A DNA stretch of 64,000 bases from Felis catus. Its lineage: Eukaryota. The stretch is taken from contig NC_058369.1 of NCBI RefSeq assembly GCF_018350175.1, forward strand, positions 9,114,001-9,178,000. Reading direction: 5' to 3'. How positions within the stretch are numbered: the stretch's first letter is position 1; each line of letters opens with the position of its first letter. Both the position numbers and the translations under genes were made by a program. Below the pieces are notes generated by a model. The model saw nothing but the letters and a program-made list of their open reading frames with translations, searched no databases and had not been told where the DNA came from. This document shows, one piece after another, positions 1-30,800 of this stretch.

Positions 1-282
1 ATGCAAAGCCAAGTCAGGTGTTCAGGGGCTGGGGGTTCGGAGGTTGAGGGTTCAGGTGTCGGGTAAAGTGAGGCACCGAGTCCCCACAAAAAGAGAGACT
101 TGGGCGTCTGTTCTTAGTTACCTTCCTGTAGGAGGGGATAACAGACAGAATGGGGGTCCTGGGAAGGGGCTTCAAGTCCCCCTTTCCCCTGACCACGGCC
201 TTGTAGCTCTCCCCCTCCCCACTAAACAGCAGTAACCTTGCTGATGGCGGGATTCGGCACGAAGTCCTTGCCAAGCGGAGCA

Positions 283-321
283 TTATCAGACGGCCCAGAT
301 GTTGGACGCTGTTATCAGGTG
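283..321 (-). promoter_or_regulatory. GATA/E-box/GATA erythroid enhancer core (KLF1 upstream enhancer, EHS1-type)
   Basis: TTATCA 283-288, CAGATG 296-301, TTATCA 312-317 and an overlapping CAGGTG 316-321. On the minus strand this reads CATCTG-N7-TGATAA, the TAL1/GATA1 composite spacing. It lies about 4 kb upstream of GCDH, where the divergent KLF1 gene sits in the conserved synteny. Confidence 0.8.
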
Positions 322-749
322 GGGGCCCAGAAGAGCCAAACTCTGTTCCTGACGGGCAGGAGGGTTGGGGGCTGGGGCTTCAGGTTAGGTTGGTTTGAAA
401 TTGCCTGGATTGTGAGTTTCCAGGGTCGAGCCCGGCGCCAGGAGGAGCCCCTGACAAACAGCTGCCACTGTCTGCCGTGCCCTCCCTCGCCCCCACCGTG
501 GTGCCGCACGGAGTAGGGTGTGTGAAGGCCGGGGCCACCGCAGCCACCATTGCTCTGATGCGATGGGGCAGGGGAGATGACCTCCCCTCCTGCGTGAAAC
601 GGGACACTCAAGTACCTGAATTACAGGAGGCCCTCACAGCCACCCCCCTGCTCTGGGCCTGGCTGACGTTTGGTTCCTGCCCCACATGGGGGAGGAATCC
701 AAGGTTGTGCACCAGGGACCTCCGGTGTTGTGTCCTGGGAGGCTGGGTG

Positions 750-1500
750 GATGATACAGACACGCGTCACAGACACGCAGCTGACAATCATATGCACACA
801 CAATGTGCAATTCCACAGTGACACAAATTCCTGGTTCTTCCGTCACACGGACCGTCTAGTCCCGTGGCATGTGTAAGTGTGTGTGTGTGTGTGTGTGTGT
901 GCGTCGCACGGACACACAATTCCCAGGCACAAACCACACCTATACACCACACTGGCCACACAATGTTGTAGTCACACAATCTCTTAGACACAGAATTCGT
1001 AATCACGCGGACGGGTGCTGACGCACTCACACACCGCTACAACACACAATCGCATTGACGTGATTTTGCCACAACCGAACGGACACACAGATATCCTTGG
1101 ATATGTTCTCACAGAGCTACAGAAGATTCAGTTACACGACCCCCACGAAACACAGATGTAGCCTCCAGACACAAAAGCATAAAACACCCCCCCCCGCACA
1201 TAATCATTCACAAACACACAATGATGTAGCAACGCACACAGCTAAACATCAGACACAGACACGATCATGCCCAGCATCATATAAAATCTGCAACCTTACG
1301 TCTTCACGCCACCTGTCCCTGCCCCAGTTTGTAGTTAGTCACACAACTGCCCAGCTACCAAATGCCCCCCCCCAGGCACACCCAGTCAAAGACACACAAC
1401 CGCACCGACATGAAGTCAAACATGCTGATAGTGAAAAGCACACAACCCGGGCCAGCCATAGACACATCGCCACAGACACACGATCTGAGTTTCTGCATCA
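750..1500. repeat. Degenerate CA-rich low-complexity tract containing a (GT)n microsatellite at 877-901
   Basis: Dense ACAC/CACA words on the + strand, with a pure GT run of opposite polarity embedded. Confidence 0.75.
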
Positions 1501-1709
1501 TGAACGCATTGCACAAAAGGCAAAAAATGATCATGTATCACAAGGGGAGGGGGAAGCAAGTAATATGAAGGCCAGCTCAATGCACCCAGTAGGATGGCCA
1601 TATTTCTAGAAATTGGGACCCTGTAAGCTGCTGGTGGGAATGCAAAATGGCGCAGCTACTGTGGAAAAGTTTGATGATTCTTCAAAAAGTTAAACAGTCA
1701 AAAAGTTGA

Positions 1710-1925
1710 GGGGCGCCTGGGTGGCTCAGTCGGTTAAGTGTCTGACTTGGGCTCAGGTCATGATCTCGCTGTCTGTGAGTTCGAGCCCCACATCGGGCTC
1801 TGTGCTGACAGCTCAGAGACTGGAGCCTGCTTTGGATTCTGCGTCTCCCTCTCTCTTTGCCCCTCCCCCACTTGTTCTCTGTCTCAGTCTCTCTCTCTCA
1901 AAAATAAATACACATTTTTTAAAAA
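1710..1925 (+). mobile_element. CanSINE (SINEC) inserted in L1
   Basis: GGGGCGCCTGGGTGGCTCAGTCGGTT head, (CT)n tract, AATAAA tail; target-site duplication aaaaagttga. Confidence 0.95.
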
Positions 1926-2037
1926 GTTGAACAAGTGTTACCATGTGACCCAGCAATTCCACGCCTAGGTATAGACCCAAAAGAATTGAAAACAGGTATT
2001 GGAACAAATACTGGTACACTAAGTTCACAGCGGCATC

Positions 2038-2174
2038 NNNNNNNNNNNNNNNNNNNNNNNNNNNNNNNNNNNNNNNNNNNNNNNNNNNNNNNNNNNNNNN
2101 NNNNNNNNNNNNNNNNNNNNNNNNNNNNNNNNNNNNNNNNNNNNNNNNNNNNNNNNNNNNNNNNNNNNNNNNNN
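2038..2174. other. Assembly gap (137 N)
   Basis: Run of N inside the L1 fragment. Confidence 0.99.
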
Positions 2175-2819
2175 GACAGAAACATTAGTGGTTACCAGGA
2201 GCAGAGGGGGGAGGAATGGGGAGGACCGCTGATGGGTCCAAGGTCCCCTTGGGGTGATGGAAATGTTCTGGAACTAGATAGAGGTGGTGGTTGCACAACA
2301 TGGTGAATGTGCTAGGTGTCCTGAATTGTACACTTTGAAATGGTTCGTTTATATCATGCGAATTTCACTTCGGTAAACAACATGACTGGAATTACAGTGG
2401 TTTCCTGGAAAGCAGAGTGTCTCTTGGAGAGAAATCTCCTTGGATGAGGCCCTAAACAGGCATGTCTGGCTCTAAAACGCAAGGCAAGAAGGTGAAGGTC
2501 CAGAGAGAGGGGAGCATTTGGCTGAAAGCATTTGTCCCCCAGGAGCATGTGGCCAAGAGGAACGATGGACTTCCCAAGGTGGCAAGGCCTGAACCTCAGT
2601 TTGGGTTTCCTGCTGTGTATACTGACGTCACCCTCTGACACCACGGAGCCACCACGGAGCATCAGAGAACTCCAACACTCACACCAGCTCCAGGGCAGGG
2701 AGCTCTGGGGAAGGAGAGAGGCCACTGGCTGCAGGAGGAGGAAGGTGACTAGAAGAATGAGAGAACCTTCCACCATGAAGGGGAGGGTTCAAACTGTTTT
2801 AGTTGGATATTAAAGGCAA

Positions 2820-3037
2820 GGGGCGCCTGGGTGGCTCAGTCGGTTAAGCGTCCGACTTCAGCTCAGGTCATGATCTCGTGGTCCGTGAGTTCAAGCCCCG
2901 CGTCGGGCTCTGTGCTGACGGCTCAGAGCCTGGAGCCTGTTTCGGATTCTGTGTCTCCCTCTCTCTCTGACCCTCCCCCGTTCATGCTCTGTCTCTCTCT
3001 GTCTCAAAAATAAATAAATGTTAAAAAAAAATAAAAG
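2820..3037 (+). mobile_element. CanSINE (SINEC_Fc-like)
   Basis: Full head, CT tract and A tail; TSD taaaggcaag (2811-2820 / 3038-3047). Confidence 0.95.
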
Positions 3038-3419
3038 TAAAGGCAAGAAGGGCCCAGAAAGTGGGAGGGTCCAGGGACACCCAGGCCCCAGGCACTTGGG
3101 GACATGCAGGCCGGTGATCGGACGCAATCTCATAAGTCATTTAGAGCCGATACATGACGTAGAGCACAATACACACATACAATTACCCAGAATGTCTATG
3201 TGGGGAGATGTGTTCCTGGGTGGGCAGGGAGGGGCCTGTCCTGGGAACCAGGAGGCCTGGATCCCAGGGCTGGTCCCTGCTCTGCACTTGGCCCACTGTA
3301 ACCTTGAGTAAGATCATTCTGCTTTCTGGGCTTTACTTTCCCCACCTGGGAAAAGGCCATGTCATGGTAGATACGTGCCTCTTAGATACAGAGATGGTTA
3401 AGCACAGTGCACCCAGATT

Positions 3420-3880
3420 CAAATGTACATCGCACAAATGCTCGTAAAAGTGACCTGGGTGAGCCTAGCCATTCACTCAGGCGGACACTCGTATCACACT
3501 CACAATCACACACAAGTGCACATAGGCCAAATCACACTGACACATGTAGGTACACAACCACACAGACACACACACAAATATCCAGCCGTGTTGTCACATA
3601 AATAATAGACACACCTAGAGAGAAAACCATCACAACGTAGAATCACACATACAGACACACGATCACACAGAACACCGTCACACCAGCTTACAACTGCACA
3701 GACATTCAGGCACGCAGCCACAGCCTCAGTTACAGTGGCACACAACCGCCCCACAGTCAACCGCCCCACAACGTCGCACACGCACCCACATACAGATGCA
3801 GAGCCACAATCACACACGTAGACGTTTGAAGCACAGCGCATGGAATCACTCTAAGTCACGCACGCAGTCACACGTGGCTA
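3420..3880. repeat. Second degenerate CA-rich low-complexity tract
   Basis: Dense CACA/ACAC words, same strand polarity as 750-1500. Confidence 0.7.
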
Positions 3881-4039
3881 CCCATACTTCCTGGAACAGA
3901 CTGGCAGGTTGGACTGAGATCGCCCACTGGAGCCCACCCCACACCCCCACAGCACCCATTAGAGGAGACATCGAGGTCTGGGTTCCAGGACTCTTTTTTT
4001 CTCGTGCCTCAGTTGCCTCACTTAAGCGCCAGAATCCCT

Positions 4040-4360
4040 CCGCACACGCCCCCTGCAACTGACCAATCAGGTGTAGGCCGAGCCCCCTCCTAGGGCCAAT
4101 CAGAACAGGAATCTAGCTGGCCAATTGGCTCCCAGCACTCACCTTCCGCCCCCTCCCTGTTCTGCTTCTTAAAGCAGCTAATAAAGCTTGGCCTGGGCGC
4201 TCCTGGCTCCACCGGCAAGGCTACTGTGGCCCTTTTAAAAGGCAGAGCTGTGGAGGAGCCGAGTCCGAGCACACACCAATGAGAGGCCCCATTCGGCATC
4301 CGCCCCTCCCACCCCCTCCAGAGGTCAGAAGCTTTTGCCTGTTGTACTGTGGCCCGTACG
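4040..4360 (+). promoter_or_regulatory. GCDH: GCDH promoter and non-coding exon 1 (donor GTGAGC at 4361)
   Basis: CCAAT boxes at 4063, 4096, 4121 (palindromic CCAATTGG) and 4276; GC boxes; CpG-rich. The next acceptor is TCCAG at 4465. Confidence 0.75.
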
Positions 4361-4504
4361 GTGAGCGCGGAGGCCTCAGGTAGGCACCGGCGAGAGGGGC
4401 GATTGGTGCCAGGGGCCAGGCCTGCCGGTGGGAGCCACGCCGCTCTGACGCCCCTGCTCCTCCAGGTTGGCCGTGGTTGCTCCGCTTGCCCGTCCGCTGC
4501 TCAA

Positions 4505-24309
<19,805 letters not shown>

Positions 24310-25928
24310 CCTGTCTTTTCCCGCCTTCTCCTTCACTCTCTCTGCGCACGCGCCGGCCCCGCCCCCCGGCTCGCGCGCCCCCCGGGCACGTGCTGCATCA
24401 CGCGCGCCCGGTTCCGCCTCTTTCTGGGAACTTGCGCGCGCAGAGGGGCGGAGTCGGCCGTTAATCCGCCGTTGGGCTGTCCCAGGGGCTGCGCGCGCAG
24501 CGGGCGCCGCCTGGAGGAGGGGGCGGTCTCTGTGCGTGCGTGTGCCCAGAAGGGAGGATCCTGGGCGCTCTGTGGGTGGGGGGGCATCGAGCTGTCTCGG
24601 CGTTAGTGCTTAGGTTTCACTTCACCCGCGCTGTCCCGTGAAATCTTTGCAAGAAAAAGGCCTCACGGTTGCTGTTCTTTGATTGTGACCTATTGCCTTA
24701 AGTGAAAAAGTTTATGCAGTGCCACCTTGAGTCAGAGTTACTTGGGCACTCTAAAACTGTCAGCTTCTTAAAAGTTTGGTAGGGTCTGGCCTTTACAGAC
24801 TCGGACCCATATCCCTTACGAACAATGGTAGTGATAACAATAATAATGGACACTTGAGGCGTCAAAGATGGGGAGAAAATGTTTGCAAAACATGTATCCA
24901 TAACTCACAGCCAGCATCTACAAAGAATTCTTACAACTGGATAATAAGACAACCCCCCTCCCCTTAAAAATGGGCAAAGGATTTGAATAGGTGTTTGCAG
25001 TGCAAAGGTCCTGAGGAGAGCAAACTCAAGTGTGCTTGAGCAGCTAGGCCTAGTGGGGAGGGAGAACAGGGGTTGTGGGTGAGGGATCAATGTTGGGCAG
25101 CTTTGGGCTGGGAGCCGAAGCAAGGGGTTAGGATTTTGCTCCAGTTCACTGGTAAGGTGGACCTGCTCTCTGAAACACCTGGCATAGTGTCCAGGTAGGA
25201 GAGGCAGCAGGGATCCTGCGCAGGGCTCTGTCTCCTGCCACACAAGGACGGGCACACATCTTGACACCTACATTCTGGAGAACGTGGCTTGAATCTGGGC
25301 TCTCTTACCAGCAAGAGGGGCTGGAGGGGGCGGGGGCGGGGGCGGCATAAAACTGCCACTCAATCTCAAAATCCATCTTTGCCTGTAACTGAGGCAATAA
25401 AATCTAAAACGTCAGACTACTGTAAGGGATTCAGAGAAAAACATATGGAACACAATAGTTTAATACAAAGCAGCTAACATTAGTTATCTTGTGGCAAAGC
25501 CACAATGTAAGCAAAATGTAGCTTCCTGCAGCACCAGATTTGAAGATTTGAGGATTATCTGAGAAAAATCTCAAAGATTTACTGTTAAGCATGCACACAC
25601 AAACACGTACACACTGACCAGGAACAAAAGCAACACACAATTTGCTGGAATTTTTTTTTAATGGTGCAGCGTCTGTGTAACTTCTGAAGACAAGCAAAGT
25701 CCAACCATGTTTTGTGAAAATAATATATACAATAGCAAAAGCTTAAAAACACAGGAGAATGAGAAACACCAAATTTAGGAGGGAGCAATCTCAGCAAGGT
25801 GCTGGCTAAAGGAGATAGGACAAGCCCACAGGCTCTTCAAACCATTAGGCACATGGATCTAAAATGTGAAAGACCCAAAACAAATACAATGTGCCGATTT
25901 GATCCAACCTGGGCAGATGGTGTTAGGC

Positions 25929-26141
25929 TTTTTTTTTTTTTTTTTTACGTTTATTCATTTTTGAAAAAGTGAGAGCACAAACAGGGGTGGGGCGGAGAGA
26001 GAGGGGGACACAGATTCCGAAGCAGGCTCCAGGCTCTGAGCTGTCAGCACAGAGCCTGATGCGGGGCTCGAACTCACCGACTGCAAGATCATGACCTGAG
26101 CCGAATTCGGACGCTCAACCATCTGAGCCACCCAGGCGCCC
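25929..26141 (-). mobile_element. CanSINE
   Basis: Antisense SINEC; TSD ttaggctt. Confidence 0.92.
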
Positions 26142-26711
26142 ATTAGGCTTAATTTTAACATTATATATGCTTCACCTTCCCCACCCACCTTCACTTTTCT
26201 GTGGCCTCACCTCTCCCTCCATTTCTGCATTTATGTTTATGCCTCCTGTGTTCCCTTCCCCCCCGCCCCCGCCCCCCCACGCCAGCTCCCAACGGCAGGG
26301 ACCTGAATCGGCTTTGCGGTCTTCAGCTCAGGACGTTGCTGGGACTCAGGAGGTGCACATTTGTTGCATGAATGAGTATTTTTCCGTATGAGTGAATTAA
26401 TTTGAAATAAAGGAAAAAAAAATCGACCAAGTAGCCCTTGGGAGATTGGTGCCCACAGGCCCTGGGACTGGAGAAGCCCACGGCCTCAGCTGCCAACTGT
26501 TTGGGTTTAACGACGGCTTCATGGTTATACAACTGTTCACATTTCCAAAGTGCACTGACCCTGAAGATGTGGGGTGAGCAATGTGGAGGCTGAGATTTGC
26601 TTTAAAACATCTGCACAGAAACAGAGATCCCACTCACCGTCCAATGTGGGCTCACGAAGCTCTGTCCTACTCATCTCCCTATTCTGAGCCCCCGTGAAAT
26701 CCTTATGAGAG

Positions 26712-27255
26712 TTTTTTTAATGTTCACTTATTTTTGAGAGAGAGACAGCTCGAACAGGGGAGGGGCAGAGAGAGAGAAAGACAACGGAATCCGAAGCAGG
26801 CTCCAGGCTCTGAGCTGTCAGCAGAGCCTGACATGGGGCTCGAACTCACGAACCGTGAGATCATGACCTGAGCTGAAGTCAGACGCTTAACCCACTGAGC
26901 CACCCAGGTGCCCCTTATGAGAGCAGCTTTTTAGGGGGAGGATGGAGGGATGAACAGGCGGAGCACAAGACTTTTAGGGCAGTGAAAATACTCTGCATGA
27001 TACCGTAGCGATGGAAACACATCATCTTACGTTGTCCAAACCCAGAGAATTTACAACACCGAGCACGAACCACAATGTAAACCATGAACCAACCGTGGGT
27101 GACTGTGTAGTCCACTCATTGTAACAAATGCACCCCTCTGGCGGCGAAGATGTTGACAGAAGGGAGGCTGTGCACGCGTGGGGGCAGAAGGTATACGGGG
27201 AAATTTCCGTACTTTCTGCGCAATTTTGCTGTGCGCCAGAAACTGCTCTTTAAAA
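26712..27255. mobile_element. CanSINE (26712-26914, -) adjoining an L1MC-like 3' fragment (26930-27255, +)
   Basis: SINE TSD ttatgagag; L1MC words ttttagggcagtgaaaatactctg, gtccaaacccagagaatttacaacacc, tgtaacaaatgcacc. Confidence 0.8.
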
Positions 27256-27593
27256 AAAAGAGGAGGGGAGGGGGCAGTGTTTTAAAGTTGCCCGTCACCC
27301 CACCTTGCTGGGCTCCCAGGGGGAATCTTGGCACCTGCCTTGACCTTCCCCTCCCAAATGCCCCTCGCCCGGGGCGGGGGGCTTCTGTTCCATTCACCTA
27401 GAGGACAGCCTGGCACCACCAGGTGACGGGTAAATGCTTGATGGAGCCAGTCCTCCCCAGGGGGATGGAGCAGGCTCAGGCAAGCCAGGGGCTCCTGAGG
27501 TTCCAGGATCCCCAACCCACCACCCCTCACACCAAGGACTCCTCACACTCCTCCATCCCTAAGGAAAGGCACCATATGAGGACAAATGCCCAC

Positions 27594-27599
27594 TTTATT
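27594..27599 (-). terminator. FARSA: FARSA polyadenylation signal AATAAA
   Basis: TTTATT about 235 nt downstream of the FARSA stop. Confidence 0.8.
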
Positions 27600-27833
27600 A
27601 GCCAGCAGCTGGCCTGCAGGGCTCCCTAGGGCCCACCTTCATGGATCATACCTGCTACCTGCCCCCCACCCCCCACCCCCGGGATCGTGGGGCAGATGGG
27701 CAAAGAGGAGCTACCAGGGACGGGGGGATGGCCTCACAGAGGCCTCATAAATACGAGAGGGTCACTGGCAGGGATGCAAAGGGGCTGGACGGCAGGGGCT
27801 CAGGGAAGGCGGGCTATTCCGGGGCGGTCCACG

Positions 27834-30800
27834 TCATGCGGTGCCCTGTGTCCGTGGGGGCCCCGGCTCAGCGTCTAGGCGGCACAGGGGGCTGTCGTAC
27901 ACCATCTGCAGGTTCACCTTGTGGCCCACCAGCTCCCGGATGTTGTTGATGCCGTATTTGATCATTGTTGGGCTTTGGGTGGGGAGGGGAGGAAACAGTT
28001 TTAACACCACGTCAGGTCACGCTCTCCTCTGATCAGACCCTCTCCGACGGTTCCCATCTCCTTCGAATAAAAGCTCGAGTTGCTCCCAGGGCTCACAAGG
28101 CCCTGACGTGTTCTGTGTCCTGCCCCTTTCCCACCCTCATCTCATCTCACTCTACTGACTCTCCCTCCGGCCACCTCGACCTCAGTGTTCTCCAAACACA
28201 GCACGCACATTCCTGCCTCAGGGACTTTGCACTGCCTGTTCCTGCTGACTGAACACCCTTCCCAGTATTCCCCTGGCTTACTCCACTCACCTCCAGTCTT
28301 TGCTCAGATACCGCCTCTTCCTCGAAGCCTTCCCTGATAACCTTGTCTCCTTAGTCCTCCCTGCTGCATTTTCCCTACAGCACTTACTGGCCTCAGACAC
28401 ACTCCAGACTTTACCTGTTCGATTTACTTATGTATCTTACTAATTATCATCCTTTCCACTGCACCACGACCCTAACTTCACAGAGGCAGGGACGTGTGCT
28501 GTCATCCTCATAGCACAGGACCAAGCATACAGCAGATGCTCACTAAAGGCTTATCGAGTGAGTGAATAGACGGACGGTGCTGGAGGTCTGCAGGCCCCCG
28601 GGCCCGTCAAGTCAGACACCCTGAGTGGTTTGGGCACTCACCGCTCCAGGGAGAGGCCCCAAGCAATGACCGACACGTTTTCGGGGAGTCCCATGGGCAG
28701 CAGCATCTCGGGGCGGAAGATCCCAGAATTCCCGACTTCCACCCACTTCCTCAGGCCTGTAGAAGAAGGAGAAGGACAGGGCAGATCGTGTGGATGATGC
28801 TGGGTCTGGCAGTGAGCTTGGGAGTGGGCTTGGCAGTGAAAGGGACCCGGGCTGAGCGTAGGCAGCCTGAGACATCCCTCCCCCTCCCAGGACCAGGTTC
28901 CACCCTGACCTTGGTGGTAGCTGAACACCTCCATGCTGGGCTCCGTGTAGGGGTTGTAGGCCGGCTTGAAGCGCAGCTGGGTGATACCTGGGCAGGGGAA
29001 GCGGGGGAACAGAGGAGTGGAAGATGAGCCTGGCGGCCATGGCATCCTCGGCCCCACTAACACCGCCCACTGTGGCCCCGCCTGCCTACCCAGCTTCGTG
29101 AAGAACTCCCGCAGGACGCCCATGAGGTGGCCTAGGGTGAGGCCGTGGTCAGCCACCACACCCTCGATCTGGTGGAACTCGGCCAGGTGTGTGGCATCTA
29201 GGGTCTCGTTTCGGAACACACGATCGATGGAGAAGTACTTGGCCGGCGTGAAGGGCTTCTGGGGGCGACAGGCAGGCCAGGCCCGGGAGTAGGTCAGAAG
29301 GCCGGTAGGACAGCCCCCAGCCTCCCCCACCGCCCAGGCTGAGCTGCACCTTCTGGGCCAGGCGGTAGAGGGCGCGGGCACTGGCCGACGTGGTGTGCGT
29401 GCGCAGCAGGTTTTTCCGGGCCTCTTCCAGCTTCCAGTTGTATTTGTACCTTCAGGAGGACAAATGGCAAGTCCACGTTGTGGCCTTCAGGTCCCCGACC
29501 TTCTTCCCCCATCCCGACACCCCGAAGCCCTGGGCCCGCCTCACCCCTGTGAGCCGTAGCCACCCTGAGAGTGGGTCCGCTTGACCCGATGGACGTAGTC
29601 CATTGGAAGCTGCAGGGCCTCAGCTGGATCTGGGCAGGACAGAGCATCACCTGGTCAGTCAAGGAGCATTTCTCAAACAGCCACTGCACAGAGGACAGAC
29701 AGCAACACGTGCAGCTCCCACCCTCGCCACCCACGGCGGCCAGAGGGTGCTGGCGAACATCCGAGTCAGTCACATCCCTCCTCTGCCCAGAGCCCTCCGT
29801 CTCCCTGGGGGTGGAGGGGGGGTGGGGGGAGGTGATGAAGCTCGCTCTCTGGTGATGCAGTCCTGTCACCTCCCATTCCTTCCTAACTGATCACTCCCTC
29901 CAGTCACAGGGCCTCCCCGCTGATACGTCAGCATACCAGGCACATTCCAGCCTCAGGGCCTTTGCACTGGCCATTCTCTCCTGGAACTTTCCTTCCCAGA
30001 TATGGTTCTCTCCCTTATGTCCTTTGGCCTTTACTTAAACAAAGGCTTGATTTTATTTAACGTTTGTTTATTTTTGAGACAGAAAGAGACAGAGCATGAA
30101 CGGGGGAGGGTCAGAGAGAGAGAGAGAGAGAGACACAGAATCTGAAACAGGCTCCAGGCTCTGAGCTGTCAGCACAGAGGCCGATGCGGGGCCCGAACCC
30201 ACGGAGCTCGAGATCATGACCTGAGCCGAGGTCGGACGCTCAACCGACTGAGCCACCCAGGCGCCCTGCGGTAACCCAGGTGTTTAATAAAGATCCTGGC
30301 ACACAGGAGAGGCCGAACAATCACTTGTTGTGTGAATATGCAAATTCTTAAGATCCCTTTCCAGAAACATCATTTTGGTGCACCTGAAAAGCCTGACATC
30401 AAATCCCAGCTTCACCGCTTATAAGCCGTGTGACCCTGGCAAGCGATGTTCCTTCTCTGAACCCCACTTTTCTCATTTATATAAGAGAGCTAACAGCGGT
30501 ACTTCCTACAATTGGCAGGAGAATTAGAACAGCGGCTGGCATATGGTGAGTACTTAATAAGTTTTGGGGGCCATGGTAACTATGACAGCAATGCCACTGT
30601 TGTTCCTGGCCGGGTAACAGGCACCCAACTCAGTGGCCTCCCCTGCCTTCCTGTGCGGGACGATGACAATCACTGTGGAAAGTCATTCAATTTCAGACAG
30701 TACTAAGCACTGTGAAAAAAAGAAAAAAACGGGAACCAAGCTTAGAGACTAGGGACGAGGGATGTTTTGACCTTGGGGGGGACAAAGGCATGTCAAGGTG

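Larger units (their letters stand above)
1600..2380 (+). mobile_element. Old L1 (L1M-type) 3' fragment interrupted by a CanSINE and an N gap
   Basis: L1 3'-end motifs: ctggtgggaatgcaaaatgg, gacccagcaattccacgcctaggtatagacccaaaagaa, ggtgatggaaatgttctggaactagatagaggtggtggttgcacaacatggtgaatg. Confidence 0.8.

Noticed and set aside
1097-1609. 170-aa His/Thr-rich ORF
   Set aside because: It is a by-product of the CA-rich low-complexity tract; I see no splice or promoter support.
1710-1790. tRNA-like A/B boxes at SINE heads
   Set aside because: They are tRNA-derived SINE heads followed by a CT tract and poly(A); I identified no true tRNA gene.
2831-3013. Recurrent [16 protein letters not shown]...-type ORFs across the window
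   Set aside because: They are translations of CanSINE consensus, not a gene family.
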